From NCBI GenBank assembly GCA_038224055.1, contig JBBRGO010000001.1, forward strand, positions 1-43,085: a DNA stretch of 43,085 bases. The letters run 5' to 3'. Every line of letters starts with the position of its first letter. Position 1 is the stretch's first letter. The notes beneath the pieces are model-generated. The model made no database searches. It saw nothing but the letters and a program-made list of their open reading frames with translations, and was not told the origin of the DNA. Below, one piece after another: positions 27,958 through 37,099 of the stretch. Both the position numbers and the translations under genes were made by a program. The stretch is from Actinomycetales bacterium. GTDB lineage: Bacteria; Actinomycetota; Actinomycetes; Actinomycetales; Dermatophilaceae.

Positions 27958-28070
27958 GGTCCTCCGACTCTAGTTGGGGGACGGTGCCGGGGCGCTCACC
28001 TCGCGGCCCCGCCGCGGTGTGACGACGCGCCTGTGAGGGACCCACAGGCTCACGCCCCTACTCTGGGTGC

Positions 28071-28757
28071 GTGAAGAACGACGACGTGTGGCTGGTGGTG
28101 CCCCTCTACAACGAGGCCTCCGTCATCGCCGACGTCGTCGGCCGCTGCCTGCCGACCTTCCCCCACGTCGTCTGCGTCGACGACGGGTCGCGGGACGACT
28201 CGGCGCAGCGTGCGGAGGATGCGGGGGCGGTCCTCGTGCGTCATCCGGTCAACCTCGGCCAGGGCGCCGCGCTCCAGACCGGCTTCGCCTATGCCCTCAC
28301 CGACCCGCGGATGCGCCACGTCGTGACCTTCGACGCGGACGGCCAGCACCAGGTCTCCGACGCCGAGGCGATGCTCGAGCGGGCCCGCCGCGGAGACGTC
28401 CGGGTGGTCTTCGGTTCCCGGTTCCTCGACGAACGGACCCGGGCGAGCGGCCTGAAGAAACTGGTCCTCCGACTCGCGGTCGGCTACACCAACCTCACGA
28501 CGGGGACCCGCCTCACCGATGCGCACAACGGCCTGCGGGTGCTCGACCGCCAGGTCGTCGAACGCCTCGACATCACCCAGAACCGGATGGCCCACGCCTC
28601 CGAGATCGTGGCCCAGATCGGCTCGATGCGGCTGGACGGCGAGCGCGTCGCCTACACCGAGGAGCCGGTCCACATCCTCTACACCGAGTACTCCCGGGCC
28701 AAGGGCCAGTCGGTCCTCAACGCGGTCAACATCCTGGCGGAGCTGATCTGGCGATGA
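28071..28757 (+). CDS. GT2 family polyprenol-phosphate glycosyltransferase (GtrB/DPM1-like)
   Basis: 228 aa, GTG start. VVPLYNEASV, VVCVDDGSRDDS, TFDADGQH (DxD), GSRF, and no TM tail. Confidence 0.88.
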   Translation: MKNDDVWLVVPLYNEASVIADVVGRCLPTFPHVVCVDDGSRDDSAQRAEDAGAVLVRHPVNLGQGAALQTGFAYALTDPRMRHVVTFDADGQHQVSDAEAMLERARRGDVRVVFGSRFLDERTRASGLKKLVLRLAVGYTNLTTGTRLTDAHNGLRVLDRQVVERLDITQNRMAHASEIVAQIGSMRLDGERVAYTEEPVHILYTEYSRAKGQSVLNAVNILAELIWR

Positions 28758-29140
28758 GACAGATCCTCATCCAGCTGCTCCTCATCGTCGGCATCCTCGG
28801 CGTCGCCTGGCGCCTGCTCGTCAGCTACGGCCAGAAGGCCCAGGCCCTGCGCCGCGTCGGGCTGCTCGTCTTCGCGACGTTCGCCGTCTGGTCCATCCTC
28901 GACCCGTCCGTGTGGACCCGGATCGCCCTCAAGGTGGGCGTCGGCCGCGGCGCCGACCTCATCCTCTACGGCCTCGTCCTGGCCTTCTTCGGCTTCGTCG
29001 TGACGACGTTCAAGCGCTTCCGCGAGATGGAGACCCGCTACACCCGACTTGCCCGCCGGATCGCGTTGGACGACGCGCCGACCCCCCGCCCCGCCGACCC
29101 ACCACCATCGACGACCTCGGAGCCCACCGATGCCGACTGA
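28754..29140 (+). CDS. DUF2304 domain-containing small membrane protein
   Basis: 128 aa. The ATG overlaps the GT2 stop (ATGA). Four hydrophobic helices, then ETRYTRLARRIAL. This is the usual partner of GtrB-like GT2 genes. Confidence 0.7.
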   Translation: MRQILIQLLLIVGILGVAWRLLVSYGQKAQALRRVGLLVFATFAVWSILDPSVWTRIALKVGVGRGADLILYGLVLAFFGFVVTTFKRFREMETRYTRLARRIALDDAPTPRPADPPPSTTSEPTDAD

Positions 29141-30335
29141 CCGCAACCAGCCCCCGTCACGGCGCGACGACGCCTACGTCGTCGACACCCGGCGACGGCC
29201 AAAGGCCCGCCCCGGAGCGGTACCCCCGGCGTCGGAGCGCCCACCCCGGTCCGACTCCGGTGAGGGTCGGCCACGCCCGCCCCGGGAGGGTGGCTCCGAC
29301 GGGTCCCCCCCGACCCCGCCACGCGGGTCGCGACCGACCCGACGCAGGCACCGGCTCCGCCGGGTCCTCGTGGTCACCGCCCTGCTCCTCGTCGCGATGG
29401 TCGCCTGGCTCGTCTGGGTCCCGGTCAACGCGTGGAACTCGGTGGCCCGCGTCGACAACACCCCCGCGGGAACCCGCCCGGTGGACACCTCGGGCTACAA
29501 CTACCTGCTCGTCGGATCCGACAGCCGGGCCGACCTCACCGCAGCGCAGCGAAAGGCCCTGACGACCGGCAACGCCGAGGGCCAGCGGACCGACACGATC
29601 ATGGTCGTCCACGTGTCCGAGAGCGGCGGAAAGCCGGTCATCGTCTCACTGCCGCGCGACTCCTACGTGCCGATCCCCGGCCACGACAGCAACAAGATCA
29701 ACGCCGCCTACGCCCTCGGCGGGCCGAAGCTCCTCACTGCGACGGTGGAGGGCGTCACCGGGATCCACATCGACGGCTACGTCGAGATCGGATTGGGGGG
29801 CTTCGCCGACGTCGTCGACTCCGTCGGCGGCGTCCGGCTGTGCGTCCCGCGCGACATGAAGGACAAGAAGGCCGGCATCGACCTCAAGAAGGGCTGCCAG
29901 ACCCTCGCCGGCGCGGACGCACTCGGCTACGTCCGGTCCCGCTACGAGGATCCGATGGGCGACATCGGCCGCGCGGCTCGGCAGCGGCAGTTCCTCGGCG
30001 CCCTGATGAAGAAGGCCGCCACCCCTTCGACGGTCCTGCTCCCCTGGCGCTACAAGGCCTTCGCCGACGCCTCGACCGGCGGCATCGCGGTCGGTGAGGA
30101 CACCGGCCTCATGGACGCGGTGCGCGTGCTCCAGGCGATGCGGGCCGTGAGCAACGACGAGGGGCTCTCCCTGTCGGTACCGACCTCGGACCTCGCCTAC
30201 CGCACGAACAACGGTCTTGCCGTCAAGTGGGACACCGCGCAGGCCAAGGCCCTCTTCTCGGCGCTGAAGAACGACGACCCGCTCACCGAGCCTCCCCCCG
30301 GCACGACGAGCGCCACGATCAAGGACGCCGGGTGA
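29130..30335 (+). CDS. LCP (LytR-CpsA-Psr) family glycopolymer ligase
   Basis: ATG at 29130 (earlier in-frame ATG at 29049). Basic cytoplasmic tail, one TM segment, then YNYLLVGSDSR ... RTDTIMVVHV ... SLPRDSYVPIPGHDSNKINAAYALGG ... ALGYVRSR. Confidence 0.9.
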   Translation: MPTDRNQPPSRRDDAYVVDTRRRPKARPGAVPPASERPPRSDSGEGRPRPPREGGSDGSPPTPPRGSRPTRRRHRLRRVLVVTALLLVAMVAWLVWVPVNAWNSVARVDNTPAGTRPVDTSGYNYLLVGSDSRADLTAAQRKALTTGNAEGQRTDTIMVVHVSESGGKPVIVSLPRDSYVPIPGHDSNKINAAYALGGPKLLTATVEGVTGIHIDGYVEIGLGGFADVVDSVGGVRLCVPRDMKDKKAGIDLKKGCQTLAGADALGYVRSRYEDPMGDIGRAARQRQFLGALMKKAATPSTVLLPWRYKAFADASTGGIAVGEDTGLMDAVRVLQAMRAVSNDEGLSLSVPTSDLAYRTNNGLAVKWDTAQAKALFSALKNDDPLTEPPPGTTSATIKDAG

Positions 30336-31087
30336 CGCGGGAGGCGCGCCGCCCGGCCACCGTGCTCGCCGCGGTCGTCGCCTCGGATCCGGGTCGTCCC
30401 CGGTTGACGTGGTACGACGACGTGGCCGGCGAGCGCATCGAGCTGAGCGCCCGCGTCCTGGCCAACTGGGTCGCGAAGGCCGGCAACCTGCTCCAGGACG
30501 ACGCGGACGCCGGCCCGGGGACGACCGTCGGGCTCGACCTGCCGCCCCACTGGCGGGCCCTCTACTGGGCGCTCGCTGCCTGGTCGGTGGGGGCCACCGT
30601 CGTGACCGGGCCCGACGCGACCGGGGCCGACGTGCTCGTCACGTCCGACCCGGATGCTGCCGCCGAGCACGGGGGCGACGCCGTCCTCGTCAACCTCGCC
30701 GCCCTGGCCCGCAACCACCCGCGCGCCGCCGAGGCCCCCCGCGCCGTCGACGAGGCCAGGGAGCTGGCCACCCACGGCGACCAGTTCACGCCCCTGCTCG
30801 ACGCCGACGACGAGGACCTCGCCCTCGTGCCGGGGCCAGCGTCCGACGGCGGCTCCGAGCCGGCGGCGGGCGGCGGGACGGCATACGCCGGGGTCGTGGC
30901 CCGTCGGGTCGACTGGGGCGTGAGTCCGAGGGTGGCGCTGTCAGCGTCCGGGGACCTCGGGACCGTGCTGCAGAAGGCGTTGGCGGCCTGGGCCGCGGAC
31001 GGGTCCGTCGTCCTCGTGCGCAACGACGGCACCGACGACCTCACGGACCGCTTCGCCGCCGAGGGGGTGACGGTCGACGCTCGCTGA
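30332..31087 (+). CDS. TIGR03089 family protein (actinobacterial LCP-linked conserved protein)
   Basis: GTG overlaps the LCP stop (GTGA). PRLTWYDDVAGERIELSARVLANWVAKAGNLLQDD resembles the family found next to Lcp1 in Corynebacteriales. Called from memory, not from a search. Confidence 0.6.
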   Translation: MTREARRPATVLAAVVASDPGRPRLTWYDDVAGERIELSARVLANWVAKAGNLLQDDADAGPGTTVGLDLPPHWRALYWALAAWSVGATVVTGPDATGADVLVTSDPDAAAEHGGDAVLVNLAALARNHPRAAEAPRAVDEARELATHGDQFTPLLDADDEDLALVPGPASDGGSEPAAGGGTAYAGVVARRVDWGVSPRVALSASGDLGTVLQKALAAWAADGSVVLVRNDGTDDLTDRFAAEGVTVDAR

Positions 31088-31092
31088 GCCGG

Positions 31093-33009
31093 TCAGGCGG
31101 ACAACCGGTCGAAGAGCGACCAGGTGCGCGACGCGACGACCCCGGTGCTGGCCAGGCCGGCGCCTGCCTGGGCCCGCTTGACCGCCTCTTGGGTGGCTCC
31201 GTCGAACACCCCCGTCGGGCGCACGCCGAGCAGCCGCTGGACGGCGACGACGTGGGGACCCTCGTCGCCGGCCCGCAGCACCGAGGTGCGGTTGGCGACG
31301 AACGGGTAGGCGCGCGCCTCGAGCGCCGACCAGACCTCGGACGTGACGACCCCTGTCGGTGCCCACCCGTTGGCTCGCTGCAGGGCACAGACCTTCTCCT
31401 GCGTGACGGCCCCGAACACTCCGTCGATCGCGAGGCCACCGAGACCGCGCTGGAGGGTCCGCACCGCGGCCCCGCGCGACCCCAGCCCGATGACGAGGTC
31501 CTGGTAGGCCGTGAAACCCGTCGCGGTCGACACGGTGGCGAAGGCGGGGCTGGCGCTCGCACCACCTGGCACCGGCGCCGTCATGGCGTGCATCACCGTC
31601 ATCGCGGGTCCCTCCGTGATCGGGTTCGGGCCGCCGGCGGGAGCCGTCGACGTCGTCAGGCTGGCGGTCGTCGCGGTTGACCACCCACGGGTGTGGAGCA
31701 GCTGCTGGGTCCGGTGGTCCGCGACCCCTGTCCGGCTCAGACCGACGAACCTCTGGTAGGCCACCACGCGCGCCTTCGTCATCGGCCCGTACCACCCGGT
31801 CGTCGGCAGGGAGCCGAGCGCGGCCTGCAGCGCCTTCACGGCGCTTGAGGTCGTCCCGTAGGCCAGGGTGGGATACGTCATGGGCTTGGGCGTCGGCGTG
31901 GGTGTCGGCTCGGGTGTTGGCGTGGTCGCGCCTCCGGTCCACCCCTTCGCCCGGAGGCGTGCCTGGGTGGCCGAGTCGGCGACGCCCGTCTGCGAGAGCC
32001 CGGCATACCTCTGGAACGCGATGACGCGGGCCTTCGTCATCGGGCCGTACCAGCCCGACGTCGGGAGCGCGCCGAGCTTGGCCTGGAGGGTCCGCACGGC
32101 GCTCGAGGTCATCCCGTAGGTCAGGGTGGGGTAGGTCCCCGGCGGGGTCGGTGTCGTGCTCGCTCCGGCCGTCCACCCCTTCGTGGCGAGGCGCTTCTGG
32201 GTGTCCACGTCGGCGACGCCGGTCTGCGGGAGCCCGGCATGCTTCTGGAACGCGATGACGCGCGCCTTCGTCATCGGGCCGTACCAGCCCGACGTCGGGA
32301 GCGCGCCGAGCTTGGCCTGGAGGGTCCGCACGGCCTCGGAGGTCATCCCGTAGGAGAGCACCCGGGGCGTGCTCGGCGCGGTGGCGACGACCGTTCCCGC
32401 TGCCGGTGGCAGCGTCGTGAGGTAGCTCGTCGTGGCGACGCCCGTCCACCACGAGGTGCGGCCCGCCGCCCCGTCGTAGGTGAAGCTGAAGTGCACGTGG
32501 TCGGTGTGAGGACTCGACCCGTAGTACGGGGCCCACCCCCGCTCGGGGGCGTAGGCCCGCCACATCTTCCGGTTGTGGATGATGTACATGATCCCGAAGC
32601 GGCGGGCCATCCCCCCCTGCACGCCCTGGCTGTCCGCCCGGGTCAGCCAGGTGAGCACGGACTGGGCCACGGCCTCCTGGCCGGCGTTGCCGACGTTGAG
32701 CATCCAGTCCCACGCCCGACCGTCGTAGTGCTCCGAGCTGGCGGCGGTGCAGGTGCGGCCGATGAGCCCGGTGGAGCCCATGCCGTAGTGGGTCGTCATC
32801 AGCCGCGCGAAGTCGAGGACGCCGGGACGGGCCGTGGGGTCGCAGACCGTCTGCCCCTGGTAGGGCGCCCTGACGTCGAGGGCACTCGGCAGGGGTCGGG
32901 TCGGCGAGGGCGGAGCCTGGACGGCGTGCGCGGGAGCCGCGGCCAACGGGATGACGAGAGCCGGGGCCGCGAAGGCCAGTCCGAGGTGACGCCAACGTGC
33001 TGCTGCCAT
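31093..33009 (-). CDS. Secreted M15-type (LAS) peptidase domain fused to five PG_binding_1 repeats
   Basis: Signal peptide MAAARWRHLGLAFAAPALVIPLAAAPAHA from the ATG at 33009. SEHYDGRAWD (SxHxxGxAxD) and HTDHVHFSF are zinc ligands of VanY/M15-like enzymes. Repeats have the form GxxSxAVRTLQAKLG...G.YGPMTKARVIAFQ...GL..TGVAD..T. Confidence 0.8.
   Translation of the reverse strand: MAAARWRHLGLAFAAPALVIPLAAAPAHAVQAPPSPTRPLPSALDVRAPYQGQTVCDPTARPGVLDFARLMTTHYGMGSTGLIGRTCTAASSEHYDGRAWDWMLNVGNAGQEAVAQSVLTWLTRADSQGVQGGMARRFGIMYIIHNRKMWRAYAPERGWAPYYGSSPHTDHVHFSFTYDGAAGRTSWWTGVATTSYLTTLPPAAGTVVATAPSTPRVLSYGMTSEAVRTLQAKLGALPTSGWYGPMTKARVIAFQKHAGLPQTGVADVDTQKRLATKGWTAGASTTPTPPGTYPTLTYGMTSSAVRTLQAKLGALPTSGWYGPMTKARVIAFQRYAGLSQTGVADSATQARLRAKGWTGGATTPTPEPTPTPTPKPMTYPTLAYGTTSSAVKALQAALGSLPTTGWYGPMTKARVVAYQRFVGLSRTGVADHRTQQLLHTRGWSTATTASLTTSTAPAGGPNPITEGPAMTVMHAMTAPVPGGASASPAFATVSTATGFTAYQDLVIGLGSRGAAVRTLQRGLGGLAIDGVFGAVTQEKVCALQRANGWAPTGVVTSEVWSALEARAYPFVANRTSVLRAGDEGPHVVAVQRLLGVRPTGVFDGATQEAVKRAQAGAGLASTGVVASRTWSLFDRLSA
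31753..32354 (-). repeat. Intragenic repeats encoding PG-binding modules; two copies are nearly identical at the DNA level
   Basis: 110-nt segments at 32011-32120 and 32245-32354 differ at about 5 positions (period 234 nt). A more diverged copy lies at 31753-31862. Confidence 0.85.
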
Positions 33010-33138
33010 GCGGTGGATCTCGCTTCCAAGGGTCGTTCCACAGGGGTGTGGAGGAGTGCGATCGCCCCATTCATGCACTCCCGTCCCACCCACCACAAGT
33101 TTTAGTGGCAAATTACATGAGTGTTATTTCCCTTGTGT

Positions 33139-33162
33139 CCGAATGACATTCGTGTGATTCGG
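33139..33162. promoter_or_regulatory. Palindromic candidate operator in the AT-richest stretch of the window
   Basis: CGAATG-A-CATTCG (33140-33152) is nested with CCGAAT ... ATTCGG (33139-33144 and 33157-33162). It lies in the 234-bp divergent region between the M15/PG-binding gene and scoA. Confidence 0.3.
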
Positions 33163-33243
33163 TGCGCCCCACCCACTCCCCGCCGAGATCAGGGTGCCCC
33201 GTCCACACGAGCCGGGGCCCTCCGATCTCGATAGAGTCCCGGT

Positions 33244-34032
33244 ATGGACAAAGTCGTCTCCTCCCCCCAGGAAGCCATTGCCGGCATCAGCGACGGCATG
33301 TCGTTGTCGGTCGGGGGCTTCGGCCTGTGCGGCATACCGAGCGTCCTCATCGCAGCGATCCACGACGCGGGCACGACCGACCTCGAGGCCGTGTCGAACA
33401 ACTGCGGCGTCGACGACTGGGGACTGGGCCTGCTCCTCAAGGACCGACGGATCGCGCGGATGGTCTCCTCCTACGTCGGGGAGAACAAGGAGTTCGAGCG
33501 GCAGTACCTCTCGGGGGAGCTCGAGGTGGAGCTGACACCACAGGGCACGCTCGCGGAGCGGCTGCGAGCCGGCGGCTCCGGGATCGGCGCGTTCTTCACC
33601 ATGACGGGTGTCGGCACGCAGATCGCCGAGGGCGGGCTCCCCTGGCGGTATGCCGCTGACGGCACCGTCGCGCTCGCGTCCCCACCGAAGCAGACCCAGG
33701 ACTTCGACGTCCACGGCGAGAGCCGGACCTTCGTCCTCGAGCAGGCCATCACGACCGACTTCGGTCTCGTCCGTGCGGCGCGGGGCGACCGCCACGGCAA
33801 CCTCGTCTTCCACCGGTCAGCCCGGAACTTCAACCCGCTCTGCGCGATGGCGGGGCGGATCACGGTGGCGGAGGTCGAGGAGCTCGTCGAGCCGGGCGAG
33901 CTCGACCCCGACCAGGTCCACCTGCCCGGCATCTTCGTCCAACGGGTGCTGCCGCTCACGCCCGAGCAGGCTGCCGAGAAGCGCATCGAGCGCCGCACCG
34001 TCCGACCCCGCACCGAGACCCAGGAGGCCTGA
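33244..34032 (+). CDS. scoA: 3-oxoacid CoA-transferase subunit A
   Basis: 262 aa. GGFGLCGIPSVLIAA, SNNCGVDDWGLGLLL, SSYVGENKEFERQYLSGELEVELTPQGTLAERLRAGG. Confidence 0.93.
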   Translation: MDKVVSSPQEAIAGISDGMSLSVGGFGLCGIPSVLIAAIHDAGTTDLEAVSNNCGVDDWGLGLLLKDRRIARMVSSYVGENKEFERQYLSGELEVELTPQGTLAERLRAGGSGIGAFFTMTGVGTQIAEGGLPWRYAADGTVALASPPKQTQDFDVHGESRTFVLEQAITTDFGLVRAARGDRHGNLVFHRSARNFNPLCAMAGRITVAEVEELVEPGELDPDQVHLPGIFVQRVLPLTPEQAAEKRIERRTVRPRTETQEA

Positions 34033-34035
34033 GCC

Positions 34036-34683
34036 ATGGCCCTCACCCGTGAGCAGATGGCGGCCCGTGCCGCGGCCGAGCTCTCCGACGGCGCCTACGT
34101 CAACCTCGGCATCGGACTGCCGACGCTCGTGCCCAACTACGTGCCCGACGACGTCGAGATCGTGCTCCAGTCGGAGAACGGCATCCTCGGTGTCGGCGCC
34201 TACCCCGTCGACGGCGAGGAGGACGCCGACCTCATCAACGCCGGCAAGGAGACCGTGACCCTGCGCCGGGGCGCGGCCTTCTTCGACTCGGCGATGAGCT
34301 TCGGGATGATCCGCGGCGGCAAGGTCGACGCGGCGATCCTCGGCGCCATGCAGGTCTCCGCCGGCGGCGACATCGCCAACTGGATGATCCCCGGCAAGAT
34401 GGTCAAGGGGATGGGCGGCGCGATGGACCTCGTCCACGGGGCGAAGAAGGTCATCGTCCTGATGGAGCACAACGCCCGCGACGGGTCCTACAAGATCGTC
34501 ACGGAGTGCTCGCTGCCCTACACCGGGCGTGGCGTCGTCCAGCGGATCATCACCGACCTCTGCGTCTTCGACGTCACCGACTCCGGTCTCGTCCTGCGCG
34601 AGCTCGCCGACGGGGTCACCGAGTCCGAGGTCCGCGAGCGCACCGAGCCGGACTTCGCCGTCGACCTCGACCCGACTGGCTGA
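34036..34683 (+). CDS. scoB: 3-oxoacid CoA-transferase subunit B
   Basis: 215 aa. [15 protein letters not shown], catalytic Glu motif [30 protein letters not shown]. Confidence 0.93.
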   Translation: MALTREQMAARAAAELSDGAYVNLGIGLPTLVPNYVPDDVEIVLQSENGILGVGAYPVDGEEDADLINAGKETVTLRRGAAFFDSAMSFGMIRGGKVDAAILGAMQVSAGGDIANWMIPGKMVKGMGGAMDLVHGAKKVIVLMEHNARDGSYKIVTECSLPYTGRGVVQRIITDLCVFDVTDSGLVLRELADGVTESEVRERTEPDFAVDLDPTG

Positions 34684-34815
34684 GCCCACGACGCCGACGG
34701 CCCGGGGCCGAGCGCCGACCCCTGGGCGGAGCACGACGGGGAGACGAAGCCCCCCCCTGCACGTCCGACTCGTCCCATTTGCCATACTCTGAGGACCCGT
34801 CCCGGAGGCAAACCC

Positions 34816-37092
34816 ATGCGCCTGATCCCTTGGTCCGTCGTCGTCAGCCTGCTCGCCGCGGGCGTCGTGGCCGCACCTGCCGGCGCCGCCACCGCGCCGA
34901 AACCGGTTCCGCCGGCCGTCCACGAGGTCACGGTTCCTGCCGTGGCCGGCACCGGGAAACCGAGCCCGAGCGCCACCGCGGTCACGGGTCCCTCCACGGT
35001 GGCGGCAGCCGGGGACCCTGTCGTCGCCGCCCGACGAGTGGAGAACACCGACTTCGACCTGGCCGGGGTGACGTTCGACGTCGCTCCCCCGACGGGCACG
35101 GCCGTCGAGGTGCGCGTCCACACCGCGTCCGGCTGGGCGCCCTGGACCGCGCTCGCCCTCGACGGTGACGGGCCGGACCCCGGGTCGGTCGACGCCGAGC
35201 ACGCCCGACCCGGCACCGAGCCGGTGGCCGCCGTCGGCTCGGACGGCCTCGACGTCCGGGTGAGCACGCCCGACGGGTCGGTGCCGGGTGGCATCCGCGC
35301 CAGCCTCGTCGACGGAGGCGTGTCACCTGCCGATGCGCCGGCCCTGCTCGCCGCGAGCCCCCCCGGGAGCGGCGTGGACCAGCCCGCGATCATCAGCCGT
35401 GCGGCCTGGGGCGCGGACGAGAGCCTGCGCAGCTGCGACCCGGTCCGCCTTCCCGGCTTCAAGGCCGTCCTCGTGCACCACACGGTCACCTCCAACAGCT
35501 ACACCGCCGCCGAGGCGCCAGCCCTGATGCGGTCGATCTACGCGTTCCACACCCAGGGCCGGGGCTGGTGCGACGTCGGCTACCAGCTGCTCGTCGACCG
35601 TTTCGGCCGCGTGTACGAGGGCCGCAAGGGCAGCACGGCCTCCTTCGTCCAGGGCGCCCAGGCCGGCGGGTTCAACGAGGAGACGACGGGTGTCTCGGTG
35701 ATCGGTGACTACACCTCGATCCCCTTCTCCGCCGCCACCCGGAGCGCGGTGGCACGAGTCGTCGCCTGGGAGGCCGACCGGTCACACTTCGACCCCGCGA
35801 CCTCGGTGACGCTCCACTCGGCCGGCAACTCCAGGTATGCCGCCGGGCAGAGCACCGTCCTCCCCCGCACGATCGGCCACCGCGACCTCAGCCTCACCGG
35901 GTGCCCCGGTGACGTCGCCTACGCCCAGCAGCTGCCGACGATCAAGCGCGACGCCTCCGCTGCCTGGCGAACGGGGCAGTGGCGTCCCCTGCCCCCGCGG
36001 GTCGTGCCGGAGACCTACTACCGTCCGGCGTCGTCGGTCTTCACCCTGGCCGGCCGGGGCTTCGGTGCCGGAATCGGGGCCTGGACGGCCTCCCTGAAGG
36101 CGACGGACATCGAGCGTGCCTACCCGAGCGTGGGGACGATGCGCTCCGTGCTCGTGCTCGGCCGCAGCGGCGGCGGGGGCACCGGCACCTACGGCGGGAC
36201 GGTCTCCTCGATCCGGGTGCTCGGCCGCGCCGGGACGGTCACGGTCAGCGGTGAGTCCTTCCGCACCCGGCTCGACCTCAAGTCCGCGTGGTTCACGGTC
36301 ACCTCGGCGCCGGCCCGGTCCCAGCCGCTGTCCCCGCGGGACGTGACCGGGGACGGCCTCCCCGACGTCGTCGTGCCGGAGGGATCGCGGCTGCGGACCC
36401 TGTCCTACACCGGCTCGATGTCGTTCGAGACCCGGACGATCCTCACTGGCGGCTACGTCGGCCTGCGCGCCCCGGCCGCCGTCGGACCGTGGGGGCCGGA
36501 CAGCCGCGGCGACGTCATGGCCATCGGCACCGACGGCTCGGCCTGGTACTACCCGGGAGCCGGGGCGTCGGGTCTCAACGCCGGCCGCTACCGCATCGCG
36601 ACCGGGTGGGGCGCGGTCAACCTCATCATCCCCGTGGGGGACTTCGACGGCGACGGTCACACGGACGTCGCCACCCGGATGAGCGACGGCTCCCTCGTGC
36701 TGCGCTCCGGAGACGGAGCCGGGCACGTCCTGGCGAGCCGGACCATCGGCGCCTCGGGCTGGAACGGGCTGGGCCAGATCACGACGGGCGACTTCGACGG
36801 GGACGGCCTCCCGGACCTCGTCACCGTCAGGTCGAGGGACGGCGCCCTCGTGCTCTATCCCGGCGACGGGACCGGTCGGTTCCAGTTAGCTCGCGTCATC
36901 GGCGCGTGGGGCTGGAACGGTTTCTCCGACGTCCGCGGCGTCGGCGATCTCACGGGAGACGGGCGCGACGACATCCTCGTGCGGCGAAGCGGCACCGGCA
37001 GCCTCCTCGTCTACAAGGTCATCGGCTCGGCGCAGGTCCTCGTGACCCTGCCCGCCGGGACCGCATCGCCCTCGATTCACTGGGGGCAGTGA
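34816..37092 (+). CDS. Secreted N-acetylmuramoyl-L-alanine amidase (Amidase_2/PGRP domain) with C-terminal FG-GAP/VCBS-like repeats
   Basis: 758 aa with a signal peptide. Amidase_2 core VLVHHTVTSNSY ... WCDVGYQLLVDRFGRVYEGR ... IGHRDLSLTGCPG. The C-terminal half carries DVTGDGLPDVVV, GDFDGDGHTDV, GDFDGDGLPDLV and GDLTGDGRDDIL. Confidence 0.82.
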   Translation: MRLIPWSVVVSLLAAGVVAAPAGAATAPKPVPPAVHEVTVPAVAGTGKPSPSATAVTGPSTVAAAGDPVVAARRVENTDFDLAGVTFDVAPPTGTAVEVRVHTASGWAPWTALALDGDGPDPGSVDAEHARPGTEPVAAVGSDGLDVRVSTPDGSVPGGIRASLVDGGVSPADAPALLAASPPGSGVDQPAIISRAAWGADESLRSCDPVRLPGFKAVLVHHTVTSNSYTAAEAPALMRSIYAFHTQGRGWCDVGYQLLVDRFGRVYEGRKGSTASFVQGAQAGGFNEETTGVSVIGDYTSIPFSAATRSAVARVVAWEADRSHFDPATSVTLHSAGNSRYAAGQSTVLPRTIGHRDLSLTGCPGDVAYAQQLPTIKRDASAAWRTGQWRPLPPRVVPETYYRPASSVFTLAGRGFGAGIGAWTASLKATDIERAYPSVGTMRSVLVLGRSGGGGTGTYGGTVSSIRVLGRAGTVTVSGESFRTRLDLKSAWFTVTSAPARSQPLSPRDVTGDGLPDVVVPEGSRLRTLSYTGSMSFETRTILTGGYVGLRAPAAVGPWGPDSRGDVMAIGTDGSAWYYPGAGASGLNAGRYRIATGWGAVNLIIPVGDFDGDGHTDVATRMSDGSLVLRSGDGAGHVLASRTIGASGWNGLGQITTGDFDGDGLPDLVTVRSRDGALVLYPGDGTGRFQLARVIGAWGWNGFSDVRGVGDLTGDGRDDILVRRSGTGSLLVYKVIGSAQVLVTLPAGTASPSIHWGQ

Positions 37093-37099
37093 CTCGGAC

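Noticed and set aside
33010-33243. A c-di-AMP (ydaO-type) riboswitch in the leader of the M15/PG-binding hydrolase gene. The same idea applies upstream of the amidase at 34684-34815.
   Set aside because: I see only fragments such as CCGAATC and ACGGGAG, plus small stems. I cannot reconstruct the pseudo-symmetric fold by eye, so it stays a hypothesis to test with a covariance model and is not called as a feature.
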